A stretch of DNA of 8,194 bases, taken from IMG/VR virus record IMGVR_UViG_2778261557_000002. The stretch is one strand, 5' to 3'. The notes beneath the pieces were generated by a model. It searched no databases and had not been told where the DNA came from. It worked only from the letters and a program-made list of their open reading frames with translations. How positions within the stretch are numbered: position 1 is the first letter of the stretch; each line of letters begins with the position of its first letter. This document shows positions 7,696 through 8,194 of this stretch, piece after piece. The DNA comes from a virus. Lineage: Duplodnaviria > Heunggongvirae > Uroviricota > Caudoviricetes. The translations under genes were made by a program, and so were the position numbers.

Positions 7696-7840
7696 CCCGG
7701 AGACGAACGGCGATTTAAGTGCCGATATCCGGCAGCTTGAGAACGCGCTGGCACGCTGTGCCAGCCAGGTAAAAATGATTAAACACTGTCAGGACGAAAA
7801 CGATGCTCAAACCCGACAGCCTGCGCAGGGCGCTGACTGA
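7550..7840 (+). CDS. lysC: LysC, Rz1-like outer-membrane lipoprotein spanin (o-spanin)
   Basis: 96-aa frame from ATG at 7550 with GAGG 7-10 nt upstream. It begins inside lysB in a different frame and runs 145 nt past the lysB stop. It has a lipoprotein signal peptide with lipobox CAG|C (MKTKIFAAGTVLTCLMLCAGC-TSARPA) and a Pro-rich mature region (PALTPVIVPNACPKVSLCPMPGSDP). The track's 7433 start is a spurious upstream extension. Confidence 0.88.
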   Translation: MKTKIFAAGTVLTCLMLCAGCTSARPALTPVIVPNACPKVSLCPMPGSDPETNGDLSADIRQLENALARCASQVKMIKHCQDENDAQTRQPAQGAD

Positions 7841-8194
7841 TGCCGTCACGGTGCTGAAAACCAGTCCAGAGATGCTGCGGATATTCGTGGATAACGGGAG
7901 TATTGCTTCCACACTGGCGACGTCGCTGTCATTCGAAAAGCGTTACACGCTCAATGTGATTGTGACCGACTTTACCGGTGATTTTGACCTGCTCATCGTG
8001 CCGGTGCTGGCGTGGCTGCGGGAAAATCAGCCCGACATCATGACCACCGACGAAGGTCAGAAAAAAGGTTTCACGTTTTATGCAGACATCAACAATGACA
8101 GCAGCTTTGATATCAGCATCAGCCTGATGCTGACCGAGCGCACGCTGGTCAGTGAGGTGGACGGCGCGCTGCATGTGAAGAATATCCCGGAACC
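7810..8194 (+). CDS. R: Tail completion protein gpR, N-terminal 128 codons (partial; continues past the window end)
   Basis: ATG at 7810 opens a frame with no stop to the window end: MLKPDSLRRALTDAVTVLKTSPEMLRIFVDNGSIASTLATSLSFEKRYTLNVIVTDFTGDFDLLIVPVLAWLRENQPDIMTTDEGQKKGFTFYADINNDSSFDISISLMLTERTLVSEVDGALHVKNIPE. I recognise this as P2 gpR. It overlaps the lysC 3' end by 31 nt and is absent from the ORF track because there is no in-window stop. Confidence 0.88.

Noticed and set aside
1-8194. Search for CRISPR arrays, tRNAs, IS elements, integrase/att sites, toxin-antitoxin or defence/anti-defence cargo
   Set aside because: None was found: there are no direct-repeat arrays, no tRNA-like structures and no unassigned ORF with a credible start. 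The window is fully accounted for by conserved P2-type late genes, so proposing a novel system here would be unsupported.

Overview
This window is the late (head morphogenesis, DNA packaging, lysis) module of a P2-type temperate phage or prophage (Peduovirus, Enterobacterales host), apparently uninterrupted. Gene order, gene lengths and protein sequences match the P2 late region as I recall it. Leftward genes: portal Q (N-terminal part, truncated by the window start) and terminase ATPase P. After a divergent late-promoter region come the rightward genes: scaffold/protease O, major capsid N, terminase small/endonuclease subunit M, head completion L, tail protein X, holin Y, endolysin K, LysA, the LysB/LysC spanin pair, and the start of tail completion R (truncated by the window end). 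All calls rest on reading the six-frame translations against remembered P2 and lambda proteins; no database search was possible. I found no CRISPR array, tRNA, insertion sequence, defence or anti-defence cargo, and no unexplained ORF: I see no evidence for a novel system here. The known P2 accessory hotspots (tin/old and Z/fun) are not in this part of the genome. The findings are refinements: a conserved catalytic triad in O, a lambda R-type endolysin, the embedded spanin architecture, and candidate regulatory structure.
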